The notes: a model not told the origin generated them from the letters alone. Positions 1-5,684 are shown, numbered from the stretch's first letter. The stretch: DNA of 5,986 bases from a virus (IMGVR_UViG_2778261446_000004), one strand, 5' to 3'. Numbers and translations: made by a program.

Positions 1-132
1 GTCCATTTCCGCGCAGACGATGACGTCACTGCCCGGCTGTATGCGCGAGGTTACCGACTGCGGCCTGAGTTTTTTAAGTGACGTAAAATCGTGTTGAGGC
101 CAACGCCCATAATGCGGGCAGTTGCCCGGCAT
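1..132 (-). CDS. insB: IS1 InsB' (catalytic part of the InsAB' transposase), first 44 codons only; partial at window edge
   Basis: Minus-strand ATG at 130..132 followed by [44 protein letters not shown], which I recognise as the IS1 InsB N-terminus. It is in the -1 frame relative to insA and runs off the window start. Confidence 0.85.
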
Positions 133-326
133 CCAACGCCATTCATGGCCATATCAATGATTTTCTGGTGCGTACCGGGTTGAGAAGCGGTGTAAGTGAA
201 CTGCAGTTGCCATGTTTTACGGCAGTGAGAGCAGAGATAGCGCTGATGTCCGGCAGTGCTTTTGCCGTTACGCACCACCCCGTCAGTAGCTGAACAGGAG
301 GGACAGCTGATAGAAACAGAAGCCAC
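51..326 (-). CDS. insA: IS1 InsA (DNA-binding regulator and N-terminal part of the InsAB' frameshift transposase)
   Basis: The 91-aa translation matches the IS1 InsA protein as I remember it, including the Cys-rich zinc-finger-like N-terminus (CPSCS...CSHC). It starts with GTG (minus strand 324..326) as in IS1, and the stop TAA is at 51..53. Confidence 0.95.
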
Positions 327-358
327 TGGAGCACCTCAAAAACACCATCATACACTAA

Positions 359-381
359 ATCAGTAAGTTGGCAGCATTACC
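359..381 (-). repeat. IS1 terminal inverted repeat (left end, IRL)
   Basis: The reverse complement of 359..381 is GGTAATGCTGCCAACTTACTGAT, the characteristic IS1 end. Sequence from 382 onward (catatacag...) is non-IS1. Confidence 0.85.
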
Positions 382-401
382 CATATACAGATGTACATGG
401 C

Positions 402-432
402 ATAAAAATAACGCGCCCAGCAAAGGCGCGCT
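402..432 (-). terminator. Rho-independent terminator for the small minus-strand ORF
   Basis: GC-rich hairpin (CGCGCC 412..417 pairs with GGCGCG 425..430, 7-nt loop). On the minus strand it is followed by a U-tract, the reverse complement of 402..410 (TATTTTTAT). It begins 5 nt after the ORF stop at 438..440. Confidence 0.6.
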
Positions 433-437
433 CTGCA

Positions 438-614
438 TCAGGTAAGTTGGCTGGAGTCAGTGGTATCCATCCAATCTGGAGCTATTCCCAGACGTTCCGC
501 TATCTCTTCGTTGGTCATGTCTTCAGTTGATAAATCCACCAGACAATCGTTAACTTCAGGATAGTCAGGGGGAAGTAACAGGTATCCCCGCAACGCTTTC
601 AGGTCTTTTTCCAT
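438..614 (-). CDS. Hypothetical small acidic protein (58 aa), function unknown; possible regulator
   Basis: ATG at 612..614 (minus) is preceded by a consensus Shine-Dalgarno AAGGAG (reverse complement of 623..628) with 8-nt spacing. Translation is MEKDLKALRGYLLLPPDYPEVNDCLVDLSTEDMTNEEIAERLGIAPDWMDTTDSSQLT. The ORF-track start (TTG at 671) has no RBS and would run through a palindrome, so the shorter ORF is preferred. The NEEIAERLGI segment resembles the first helix of LuxR/sigma region-4 HTH motifs, but the motif is incomplete. Confidence 0.5.
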   Translation of the reverse strand: MEKDLKALRGYLLLPPDYPEVNDCLVDLSTEDMTNEEIAERLGIAPDWMDTTDSSQLT

Positions 615-645
615 CTTAACACTCCTTGTTAATAGACCGCCGAAC

Positions 646-667
646 GATGGTGCAGATTTGCACCATC
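646..667. promoter_or_regulatory. Perfect palindrome (9-bp arms, 4-bp centre) in the leader/promoter region of the small ORF; candidate operator or 5' UTR hairpin
   Basis: GATGGTGCA (646..654), then GATT, then TGCACCATC (659..667). It lies 32-55 nt upstream of the ATG at 614 on the minus strand and has no adjacent U-tract, so it is not a typical terminator. Confidence 0.35.
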
Positions 668-702
668 CCAAGTGCAGGCAAGCAAACCCACCAGCACAAC
701 AA

Positions 703-731
703 ATTATCTCATACGGTAAAAACGGTGTCGG
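703..731 (-). promoter_or_regulatory. Candidate sigma70 promoter for the small minus-strand ORF
   Basis: On the minus strand: -10 GATAAT (reverse complement of 703..708) and a -35-like CCGACA (reverse complement of 726..731) with a 17-bp spacer. Weak -35, so low confidence. Confidence 0.3.
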
Positions 732-785
732 GCTGTTTCTTTCGCCTAGCTCAACATATCGCCTTAACTACCAGCCATTATCCTT

Positions 786-797
786 GTCTCAATTGGG
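786..797 (+). repeat. 12-bp motif copy A (GTCTCAATTGGG), direct copy of the motif in the inverted repeat below
   Basis: Matches copy B (GTCTCAATAGGG, 825..836) at 11 of 12 positions. It is embedded in a 7-bp inverted repeat CCTTGTC (782..788) / GACAAGG (809..815). Confidence 0.5.
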
Positions 798-824
798 TAT
801 ACCGTAATGACAAGGTGATACAAA

Positions 825-840
825 GTCTCAATAGGGTTGT
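825..840 (+). repeat. Left arm of a perfect 16-bp inverted repeat (motif copy B); candidate recombinase binding half-site
   Basis: GTCTCAATAGGGTTGT at 825..840 is the exact reverse complement of 895..910. The arms enclose 54 bp that contain the recombinase promoter. Confidence 0.6.
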
Positions 841-851
841 ATAGGAACATT

Positions 852-880
852 TTGACTACACAAAATGCATTATGTATCAT
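852..880 (+). promoter_or_regulatory. Candidate sigma70 promoter for the serine recombinase gene
   Basis: -35 TTGACT (852..857), 17-bp spacer, -10 TATCAT (875..880). The predicted start site is about 30 nt upstream of the ATG at 917. The promoter sits entirely between the two inverted-repeat arms. Confidence 0.5.
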
Positions 881-894
881 TTGCACTTATATTC

Positions 895-910
895 ACAACC
901 CTATTGAGAC
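895..910 (-). repeat. Right arm of the perfect 16-bp inverted repeat (motif copy C, inverted)
   Basis: ACAACCCTATTGAGAC at 895..910 is the reverse complement of 825..840. It ends 6 bp before the recombinase start codon. Confidence 0.6.
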
Positions 911-916
911 AATGCA

Positions 917-1543
917 ATGAACGTTAGAATTTACTGCCGAGCATCAACTGAGGGGCAACACGCTGATCGAGCACTTACCAGCCTACGTGAATTTTCAAAA
1001 TCAAAAGGCTGGCAGATTGCAGGAGAGTATATAGAAAATGCTAGCGGGGCGAAGCTTGAGCGCGTAGAGCTTATGCGGCTATTGTCTGAAGCCCAGTCCG
1101 GCGATCTGTTGCTAGTGGAAGCTATAGATCGTCTGAGTCGCCTAGAACATAGCGCATGGGTCGAACTGAAAGATACGCTCAACCGAAAAGGGTTAATCAT
1201 CGTATCAATGGATTTACCAACGAGCTGGCAGATGGTCGAGATGGCAGGCAATGACCTAACCAGCGGCATCCTGAGAGCCGTAAATGCCATGTTGATTGAT
1301 ATCCTTGCCACAATGGCACGGCAGGATTACGAAACACGTCGTAAACGCCAACAGCAAGGCATTGAGCGAGCTAAAAGCGAAGGAATATACATTGGCAGGG
1401 AGAAAAATCAGGAAGCCCGAGAGATCGTTAGAGAGATGTTGGAGCAAGGAGTAAAACCTGAACTCATCATGAAGGCAGCAGGAATCAGCCGAGCGACTTA
1501 CTACCGTATAAAAAGTGAGCTGTCAGTCGTAAAATCAGAATAA
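917..1543 (+). CDS. Small serine recombinase (resolvase/invertase family), 208 aa
   Basis: N-terminal catalytic motif Y6-x-R8-A-S10-T-E-G-Q14 (the canonical YxRVSTxxQ with V replaced by A, nucleophile Ser10 present). Conserved D71-R72-L-S-R75 (DRLSR motif). E/R/Q-rich helix around residues 126-141 (dimerisation helix E). C-terminal HTH-like segment (ELIMKAAGISRATYYRIKSE). Immediately preceded by repeats and its own promoter. Confidence 0.9.
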   Translation: MNVRIYCRASTEGQHADRALTSLREFSKSKGWQIAGEYIENASGAKLERVELMRLLSEAQSGDLLLVEAIDRLSRLEHSAWVELKDTLNRKGLIIVSMDLPTSWQMVEMAGNDLTSGILRAVNAMLIDILATMARQDYETRRKRQQQGIERAKSEGIYIGREKNQEAREIVREMLEQGVKPELIMKAAGISRATYYRIKSELSVVKSE

Positions 1544-1677
1544 CCTTTGAAAGGTCGTCAGGCTTGTTTCATCTGCTAAAAGCCAGCATTTCTGACCATA
1601 ATACCTGGGGGCACCTACTGGGGCACCCACCAAAATCGAAAGACAAATAAGTTATAATTCAATCTGTTAGTTTACTT

Positions 1678-1700
1678 TTCGATTCCTGCAGGGGACACCA
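1678..1700 (+). other. 3'-terminal 23-nt fragment of tRNA-Arg (argW type, ...TTCGATTCCTGCAGGGGACACCA); candidate att core / direct repeat marking an integrative-element junction
   Basis: TTCGATTCCTGCAGGGGACACCA reproduces the T-loop, 3' T-stem, acceptor 3' strand and CCA end of E. coli tRNA-Arg(CCU) as I recall it. The upstream sequence (tttactt...) cannot pair as a T-stem or acceptor stem, so this is not an intact tRNA gene. It lies 161 bp upstream of the integrase start codon. Confidence 0.75.
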
Positions 1701-1861
1701 TTTATCAGTTCGCTCCCATCCGTACCAGTCCGCAAAACCCCCTGAATATCAAGCCTCCCGTAGATTCACAGTTCGTCATGGTTCGCGTCAGATCGTTGAC
1801 AGCCGCACTCCATGACGGGTAAAAAGTGGATAAAATAATTTTACCCACCGGATTTTTACCC

Positions 1862-3019
1862 ATGCTCACCGTTAAGCAGATTGAAGCAGCAAAGCCGAAA
1901 GAAAAACCATACCGTCTTCTCGATGGTAATGGCCTGTACCTTTATGTCCCTGTGTCAGGGAAAAAGGTATGGCAGCTTCGCTACAAGATTGACGGTAAGG
2001 AGAAAATCCTGACCGTAGGAAAATATCCGCTAATGACTTTGCAGGAGGCAAGGGATAAGGCATGGACTGCGAGGAAAGACATCTCGGTTGGCATCGATCC
2101 GGTAAAGGCGAAAAAGTCTTCGTCTAACAACAATTCCTTTAGTGCGATTTACAAGGAATGGTACGAGCACAAGAAGCAAGTATGGTCAGTAGGGTATGCG
2201 ACTGAACTTGCAAAAATGTTTGATGACGACATTTTACCTATCATCGGCGGCCTTGAAATTCAGGATATTGAGCCGATGCAACTGCTGGAAGTAATCCGCA
2301 GATTTGAAGATCGCGGTGCAATGGAGCGAGCAAATAAAGCCCGCAGAAGATGCGGCGAGGTTTTCCGTTACGCTATTGTCACCGGCAGGGCTAAATATAA
2401 CCCGGCACCTGACCTTGCTGACGCCATGAAGGGATACCGCAAGAAGAACTTCCCGTTTCTTCCAGCAGACCATATCCCTGCATTTAACAAAGCACTGACA
2501 ACATTTTCAGGAAGTATCGTATCGCTCATTGCGACCAAAGTTTTACGCTACACAGCCCTAAGAACGAAAGAGCTTCGTTCCATGCTATGGAAGAACGTCG
2601 ATTTTGAAAACAGGATTATCACCATCGACGCCAGTGTAATGAAGGGACGCAAAATTCATGTGGTTCCTATGTCAGACCAGGTAGTTGAACTTCTCACTAC
2701 GCTAAGCTCAATCACCAAACCAGTATCAGAGTTTGTTTTTGCCGGGCGCAACGATAAGAAAAAGCCAATTTGCGAGAACGCTGTACTGCTTGTGATCAAA
2801 CAAATCGGCTATGAAGGTCTGGAAAGCGGTCACGGATTCAGGCATGAATTCAGCACGATTATGAACGAGCACGAATGGCCTGCTGATGCTATTGAAGTGC
2901 AACTGGCACATGCCAACGGCGGATCTGTGCGCGGGATTTACAACCATGCTCAGTATCTCGATAAGCGCAGAGAAATGATGCAGTGGTGGGCGGACTGGAT
3001 TGATGAAAAGGTCTCCTGA
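1862..3019 (+). CDS. intS: P4-family tyrosine integrase, IntS-like (argW-associated prophage integrase), 385 aa
   Basis: The translation from the ATG at 1862 (MLTVKQIEAAKPKEKPYRLLDGNGLYLYVPVSGKKVWQLRY...) matches my recollection of E. coli CPS-53/KpLE1 IntS, and that start gives 385 aa. N-terminal DUF4102-like arm-binding region. C-terminal tyrosine-recombinase catalytic residues are present (conserved Arg in LRYTALRTKELR, HGFRHEF H-x-x-R box, Tyr in GIYNHAQYL). The upstream in-frame ATG at 1826 (ORF-track start) would add 12 residues and is an alternative start. Confidence 0.9.
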   Translation: MLTVKQIEAAKPKEKPYRLLDGNGLYLYVPVSGKKVWQLRYKIDGKEKILTVGKYPLMTLQEARDKAWTARKDISVGIDPVKAKKSSSNNNSFSAIYKEWYEHKKQVWSVGYATELAKMFDDDILPIIGGLEIQDIEPMQLLEVIRRFEDRGAMERANKARRRCGEVFRYAIVTGRAKYNPAPDLADAMKGYRKKNFPFLPADHIPAFNKALTTFSGSIVSLIATKVLRYTALRTKELRSMLWKNVDFENRIITIDASVMKGRKIHVVPMSDQVVELLTTLSSITKPVSEFVFAGRNDKKKPICENAVLLVIKQIGYEGLESGHGFRHEFSTIMNEHEWPADAIEVQLAHANGGSVRGIYNHAQYLDKRREMMQWWADWIDEKVS

Positions 3020-3346
3020 TTATATCGCCGGGTTATCGTCATCGGTGGCCCGGTTAATCAGATGCGTCAGAACAACCTTCACATCCACCTCATCCAAAAC
3101 CTCACCATCCACCGTTATCAGTGCATCACCTCTACGCTTGGCAAAGTGACAACCGCCTGAGTACGAAATCAGGTAGGTGCTTTCCGGCGATGGCTTCATA
3201 CCCTTCTCTATCACAGCAAACCCATGCGATGTCTCAATCACCAGGCTGTTAGCATTTACGCCGCAGATAGTCTCTATGGTTAGCGTGCGTTCAATATAGT
3301 CTTTTGCTGGCGATGGAAAACCCACGGTTGCCTCCACTCTTGACAC
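3020..3346 (-). CDS. UmuD'-like (peptidase S24 / UmuD-MucA family) protein, N-terminally truncated and possibly degenerate
   Basis: Near the N-terminus is GFPSPAKDYIE, matching the UmuD/MucA signature (UmuD: CGFPSPAADYVEQ). Later, RGDALITVDGEV resembles UmuD HGDIVIAAVDGEF. The ORF begins only 7 residues before the GFPSPA motif (UmuD has a 24-residue cleavable arm). I could not align a G-D-S-M catalytic-serine block (the region reads SYSGGCH). GTG start with no Shine-Dalgarno. A LexA box lies 22 bp upstream. Could be a remnant or pseudogene. Confidence 0.4.
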   Translation of the reverse strand: MSRVEATVGFPSPAKDYIERTLTIETICGVNANSLVIETSHGFAVIEKGMKPSPESTYLISYSGGCHFAKRRGDALITVDGEVLDEVDVKVVLTHLINRATDDDNPAI

Positions 3347-3387
3347 TGGATAAAAACACAGTGCAAATACTGTATATCTAACCAGTA
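3340..3387 (+). promoter_or_regulatory. SOS-regulated promoter region: -35 TTGACA (3340..3345) and LexA box TACTGTATATCTAACCAGTA (3368..3387) upstream of the DinI-like gene
   Basis: The box has the CTGT-N8-CCAG arrangement (consensus CTGT-N8-ACAG). Its 3' half TAACCAGTA is identical to the E. coli dinI operator as I recall it (ACCTGTATAAATAACCAGTA). A perfect -35 hexamer TTGACA sits 22 bp upstream of the box; no clear -10 was identified. The box ends 15 bp before the ATG at 3403, and AGAGGGAAG (3390..3398) serves as RBS. Confidence 0.6.
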
Positions 3388-3402
3388 AAGAGGGAAGCTA
3401 AA

Positions 3403-3669
3403 ATGTTTGTGGAATTGGTTTATGACAAGCGCAATGTAGAGGGGCTCGAAGGGGCCAGAGAGATTATCCTGGCAGAGCTGACGAAGCGAGTGCACCAGAT
3501 TTTCCCTGATGCCGAAGTGAGGGTGAAGCCGATGCAGGCGAACGGCCTGAATAGCGATGCAAGTAAAAACGATCGGGAGAAGCTGAACCGCATGCTGGAG
3601 GATATGTTTGAAGAGGCCGATATGTGGCTGGTATCTGAGTTCCCGACCGTTCGCCAAGTTGGGCTGTAA
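3403..3669 (+). CDS. DinI-family protein (DNA-damage-inducible protein I-like), 88 aa
   Basis: Aligns by eye to E. coli DinI across its length: N-terminal M-x-V-E-L, central ELxxRV-x-x-x-FPD-x-E-V-x-V, and C-terminal acidic E-x-AD-x-W-L-VSE (DinI ends ...ESADDWFVSE). Good RBS, upstream LexA box, downstream terminator. Confidence 0.85.
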   Translation: MFVELVYDKRNVEGLEGAREIILAELTKRVHQIFPDAEVRVKPMQANGLNSDASKNDREKLNRMLEDMFEEADMWLVSEFPTVRQVGL

Positions 3670-3673
3670 TAGG

Positions 3674-3712
3674 TAGCGGACTTCTGTTTTTCATGGGAAG
3701 TCCGCTATTTTC
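3674..3712 (+). terminator. Rho-independent terminator after the DinI-like gene
   Basis: 11-bp perfect stem (TAGCGGACTTC 3674..3684 pairs with GAAGTCCGCTA 3697..3707) with a 12-nt loop, followed by TTTT (3708..3711). Starts 4 nt after the stop codon at 3667..3669. Confidence 0.7.
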
Positions 3713-3788
3713 AACGAAATATATGATCGATTCCCTGCTATAACGCATGCTATACTGCGCACACCTTTAACTATTTATTCACTTTATA

Positions 3789-5684
3789 ATGAAACTCGCA
3801 AGCAGTGGATTCAGATTTGACATCAACGGGCTGAGGGCTGTAGCCGTATTGGCCGTTATCATTTTTCACTATAAAGATTCCTGGCTTCCCGGCGGATACG
3901 CGGGTGTGGATGTATTCTTTGTGATATCTGGTTTTTTAATGACCTCTATTATTTTCTCAGGGGTTGAGAAAGGACAATTCAATCTATTTAAATTCTACGC
4001 TGCGAGAATTAAAAGAATCATCCCTGCACTTATCGCTATCTCTATGATAGTTGTTTTTCTTGGCTACTTTCTCATCGAACCATTGAGTTACCAAATGATT
4101 GGTAATCATGTGAAATCAAGCCTTCTTTTTATATCCAATATTGTATATAGAGATGAGGCTGGTTATTTTGATACGGAATCGTCAAGGAAATATTTATTAC
4201 ATACCTGGTCGTTATCTGTCGAATGGCAATTTTATTTAATTTATCCATTACTGGTAATTTTTGCTAAAAGAGCATTATCGTTTAGCAGCTTAAAGAAAAT
4301 TGTATTGGTTGCAGTATTTGTACTCTTTTTCTTGAATATTTACGTCACAAAAACCGACCCAACATCCTCATACTACATGCTTTATTCCAGGGCGTGGGAA
4401 ATGCTTCTTGGTGGTTTGGCTTTCTTATACCCTGCTAAATCGATTTCGAATAGAACAAGAAATTACGGTTCAGTTCTATGTTTGGCGGCTTTAATTGGCA
4501 CATTTTTTATTTTGGACAACCAAGACCCTTGGCCGGGATACTATGCACTTCTTCCTGTAGTTTTGGCTTTCGGCATTATTTTGTTGAATGGAAGCAATGC
4601 TTTACTTTCAAATAAGGTTATGCAGTACATAGGACTAATATCCTATTCTATTTATTTAGTTCACTGGCCCTTGTTGGTTTTTAACAGAACCTTAAACTTT
4701 GGCTTAAATTTTATTTCTTATGTCGTGATTACGTTTGCTATTGCGACATTGATTTACATGACTTTTGAGTCAAAGAGAAGAAGTGTTATCTTTACAGTTG
4801 TTTTGTACTCGATTGCTCTTGGTGTGGCATGGAAAGTTTCAGTTGCAGGCGTAACAAGTCGTGTTAACACGGAGTTTCAGTTAACCAAGCAACAATTCAG
4901 GAATAAATTTGAAGGGCACGCCGGGTTGGGTTCTTATGATAAAGTTGATTATTTTAATTCAACAGAAAATGATTTCGAATACATATTGATTGGTGATAGC
5001 CATGCTCGTCACTACTTCCAGTATATTAATAAAAATGAAAAAGTTGCCAGCCTTGCTTTAGACGGATGCAAATCTACAGAAAATTTCTATCCGACATCCC
5101 CATCACCTTTGATGATAAAACTATGTAAAGCTCGTTATAAAATGCAGGTAGATTTCATCAATGCGCACCCAGGAAAACCAGTAATATTATCACAAAGTGG
5201 TTTCGGGGTTTTACCGAGTTCATTTTCACGTGGCACTGATGAACCTATCGGTGATGGTCATGATTTCAATTCATTGGGTTTAGAAGAACTACATCTATTT
5301 ATTAATCGGATTAAAGACACTAAACATAAACTGTTTGTTATAGGTGACACGCAAGGGAGTGAAGGCGTTATGTTTGAATGCCTTGCTAAAGAAAATCTGC
5401 CAATCAATAGAATATTCAATGTAACATCCTGCCCTATAAAACAGGAATACAAACCTAAAAAATACAATCAAATTCTTGAGGCTAACGCTGAGAAGCTTGG
5501 GTATACATATATCAGCCCTGATCCTGCGCTATGTGATGGAAAAGAATGTATAATAGTTAAAGATGGTATGCCTATGTATACTGATAGTAGCCATCTTTCA
5601 AAGCTGGCCTCTGAAATTGTAGGGGACTATGTATTTAGAGAGATAAAGAAACAAGAAATTTCAACAAGCAATAAAGATAATTAA
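3789..5684 (+). CDS. Acyltransferase-3 / SGNH fusion protein (OafA/OatA-type), probable O-antigen or surface-carbohydrate O-acetyltransferase, 631 aa
   Basis: N-terminal AT3 signature (FRFDINGLRAVAVLAVIIFH, the R-x-D-x-L-R-x-x-A motif with a conserved His). About 350 aa of repeated hydrophobic segments, consistent with a multi-pass membrane domain. C-terminal soluble domain carries an SGNH block-I GDSH motif (YILIGDSHARHYF). The coding sequence looks AT-rich by eye compared with the integrase; GC content was not computed. No Shine-Dalgarno upstream of the ATG. Confidence 0.85.
   Translation: MKLASSGFRFDINGLRAVAVLAVIIFHYKDSWLPGGYAGVDVFFVISGFLMTSIIFSGVEKGQFNLFKFYAARIKRIIPALIAISMIVVFLGYFLIEPLSYQMIGNHVKSSLLFISNIVYRDEAGYFDTESSRKYLLHTWSLSVEWQFYLIYPLLVIFAKRALSFSSLKKIVLVAVFVLFFLNIYVTKTDPTSSYYMLYSRAWEMLLGGLAFLYPAKSISNRTRNYGSVLCLAALIGTFFILDNQDPWPGYYALLPVVLAFGIILLNGSNALLSNKVMQYIGLISYSIYLVHWPLLVFNRTLNFGLNFISYVVITFAIATLIYMTFESKRRSVIFTVVLYSIALGVAWKVSVAGVTSRVNTEFQLTKQQFRNKFEGHAGLGSYDKVDYFNSTENDFEYILIGDSHARHYFQYINKNEKVASLALDGCKSTENFYPTSPSPLMIKLCKARYKMQVDFINAHPGKPVILSQSGFGVLPSSFSRGTDEPIGDGHDFNSLGLEELHLFINRIKDTKHKLFVIGDTQGSEGVMFECLAKENLPINRIFNVTSCPIKQEYKPKKYNQILEANAEKLGYTYISPDPALCDGKECIIVKDGMPMYTDSSHLSKLASEIVGDYVFREIKKQEISTSNKDN

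Larger units (their letters stand above)
1..381 (-). mobile_element. IS1 insertion sequence, left ~381 bp; the window starts inside the element and the rest lies beyond the window start
   Basis: The 91-aa ORF at 51..326 is the IS1 InsA sequence ([40 protein letters not shown]...). The reverse complement of 1..132 reads the start of InsB' ([44 protein letters not shown]). The IS1 A6C slippery motif is at 69..75 on the minus strand (TTAAAAAAC). The IS1 terminal sequence GGTAATGCTGCCAACTTACTGAT ends at 381 when read on the minus strand. Confidence 0.95.

Noticed and set aside
143-355. 70-aa minus-strand ORF inside IS1
   Set aside because: It is an alternative reading frame across the well-characterised insA region. 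IS1 encodes InsA and InsB' here, so this is a frame artefact.
626-844. 72-aa plus-strand ORF spanning the intergenic region
   Set aside because: TTG start with no RBS, low-complexity translation, and it runs through the palindrome, the repeat motifs and into the recombinase promoter. It also overlaps the better-supported minus-strand small ORF signals. Treated as non-coding regulatory DNA.
841-894. The 54-bp promoter segment between the 16-bp inverted repeats as an invertible phase-variation switch
   Set aside because: 54 bp is probably too short to loop for site-specific inversion (known invertible segments are several hundred bp or more). An autoregulatory or res-like binding site is more plausible. 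Kept as part of the repeat finding, not claimed as a switch.
931-1447. Two minus-strand ORFs (931..1311 and 1256..1447) antisense to the serine recombinase
   Set aside because: Fully embedded antisense in a gene with clear catalytic motifs; Ser/Arg-rich translations typical of antisense frames; no start signals.
1621-1700. Possible intact tRNA gene ending at the CCA at 1698..1700
   Set aside because: Only the last 23 nt match tRNA-Arg. The preceding bases cannot form the T-stem, and no complementary acceptor 5' strand is found about 70 nt upstream, so it is a 3' fragment only.
1826-1861. Longer integrase start at ATG 1826 (ORF-track model)
   Set aside because: The ATG at 1862 gives MLTVKQIEAAKP..., the N-terminus I recall for IntS-type integrases, and 385 aa. 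Neither start has a strong RBS, so 1826 remains possible but less likely.
1872-2947. Three minus-strand ORFs (1872..2063, 2234..2473, 2726..2947) antisense to the integrase
   Set aside because: Embedded antisense within a confidently identified tyrosine integrase; no RBS and no recognisable motifs.
3280-3748. Minus-strand ORFs 3280..3657 and 3464..3748 overlapping the DinI-like gene
   Set aside because: They run antisense across the LexA box, the DinI-like gene and its terminator. The plus-strand gene has RBS, operator, terminator and family motifs, so these are frame artefacts.
3713-3788. Dam/OxyR-type phase-variation signature upstream of the acetyltransferase, as described for gtr operons
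   Set aside because: Only one GATC (3725..3728) is present and there is no paired OxyR half-site arrangement, so the sequence does not support it.
3785-3790. TATAAT hexamer as the -10 for the acetyltransferase
   Set aside because: It overlaps the ATG start codon itself, so a transcript initiated from it would lack the start codon. Coincidental in AT-rich DNA.
5258-5467. 69-aa minus-strand ORF inside the acyltransferase gene
   Set aside because: Antisense within the SGNH domain coding region; AT-rich sequence readily produces such open frames.
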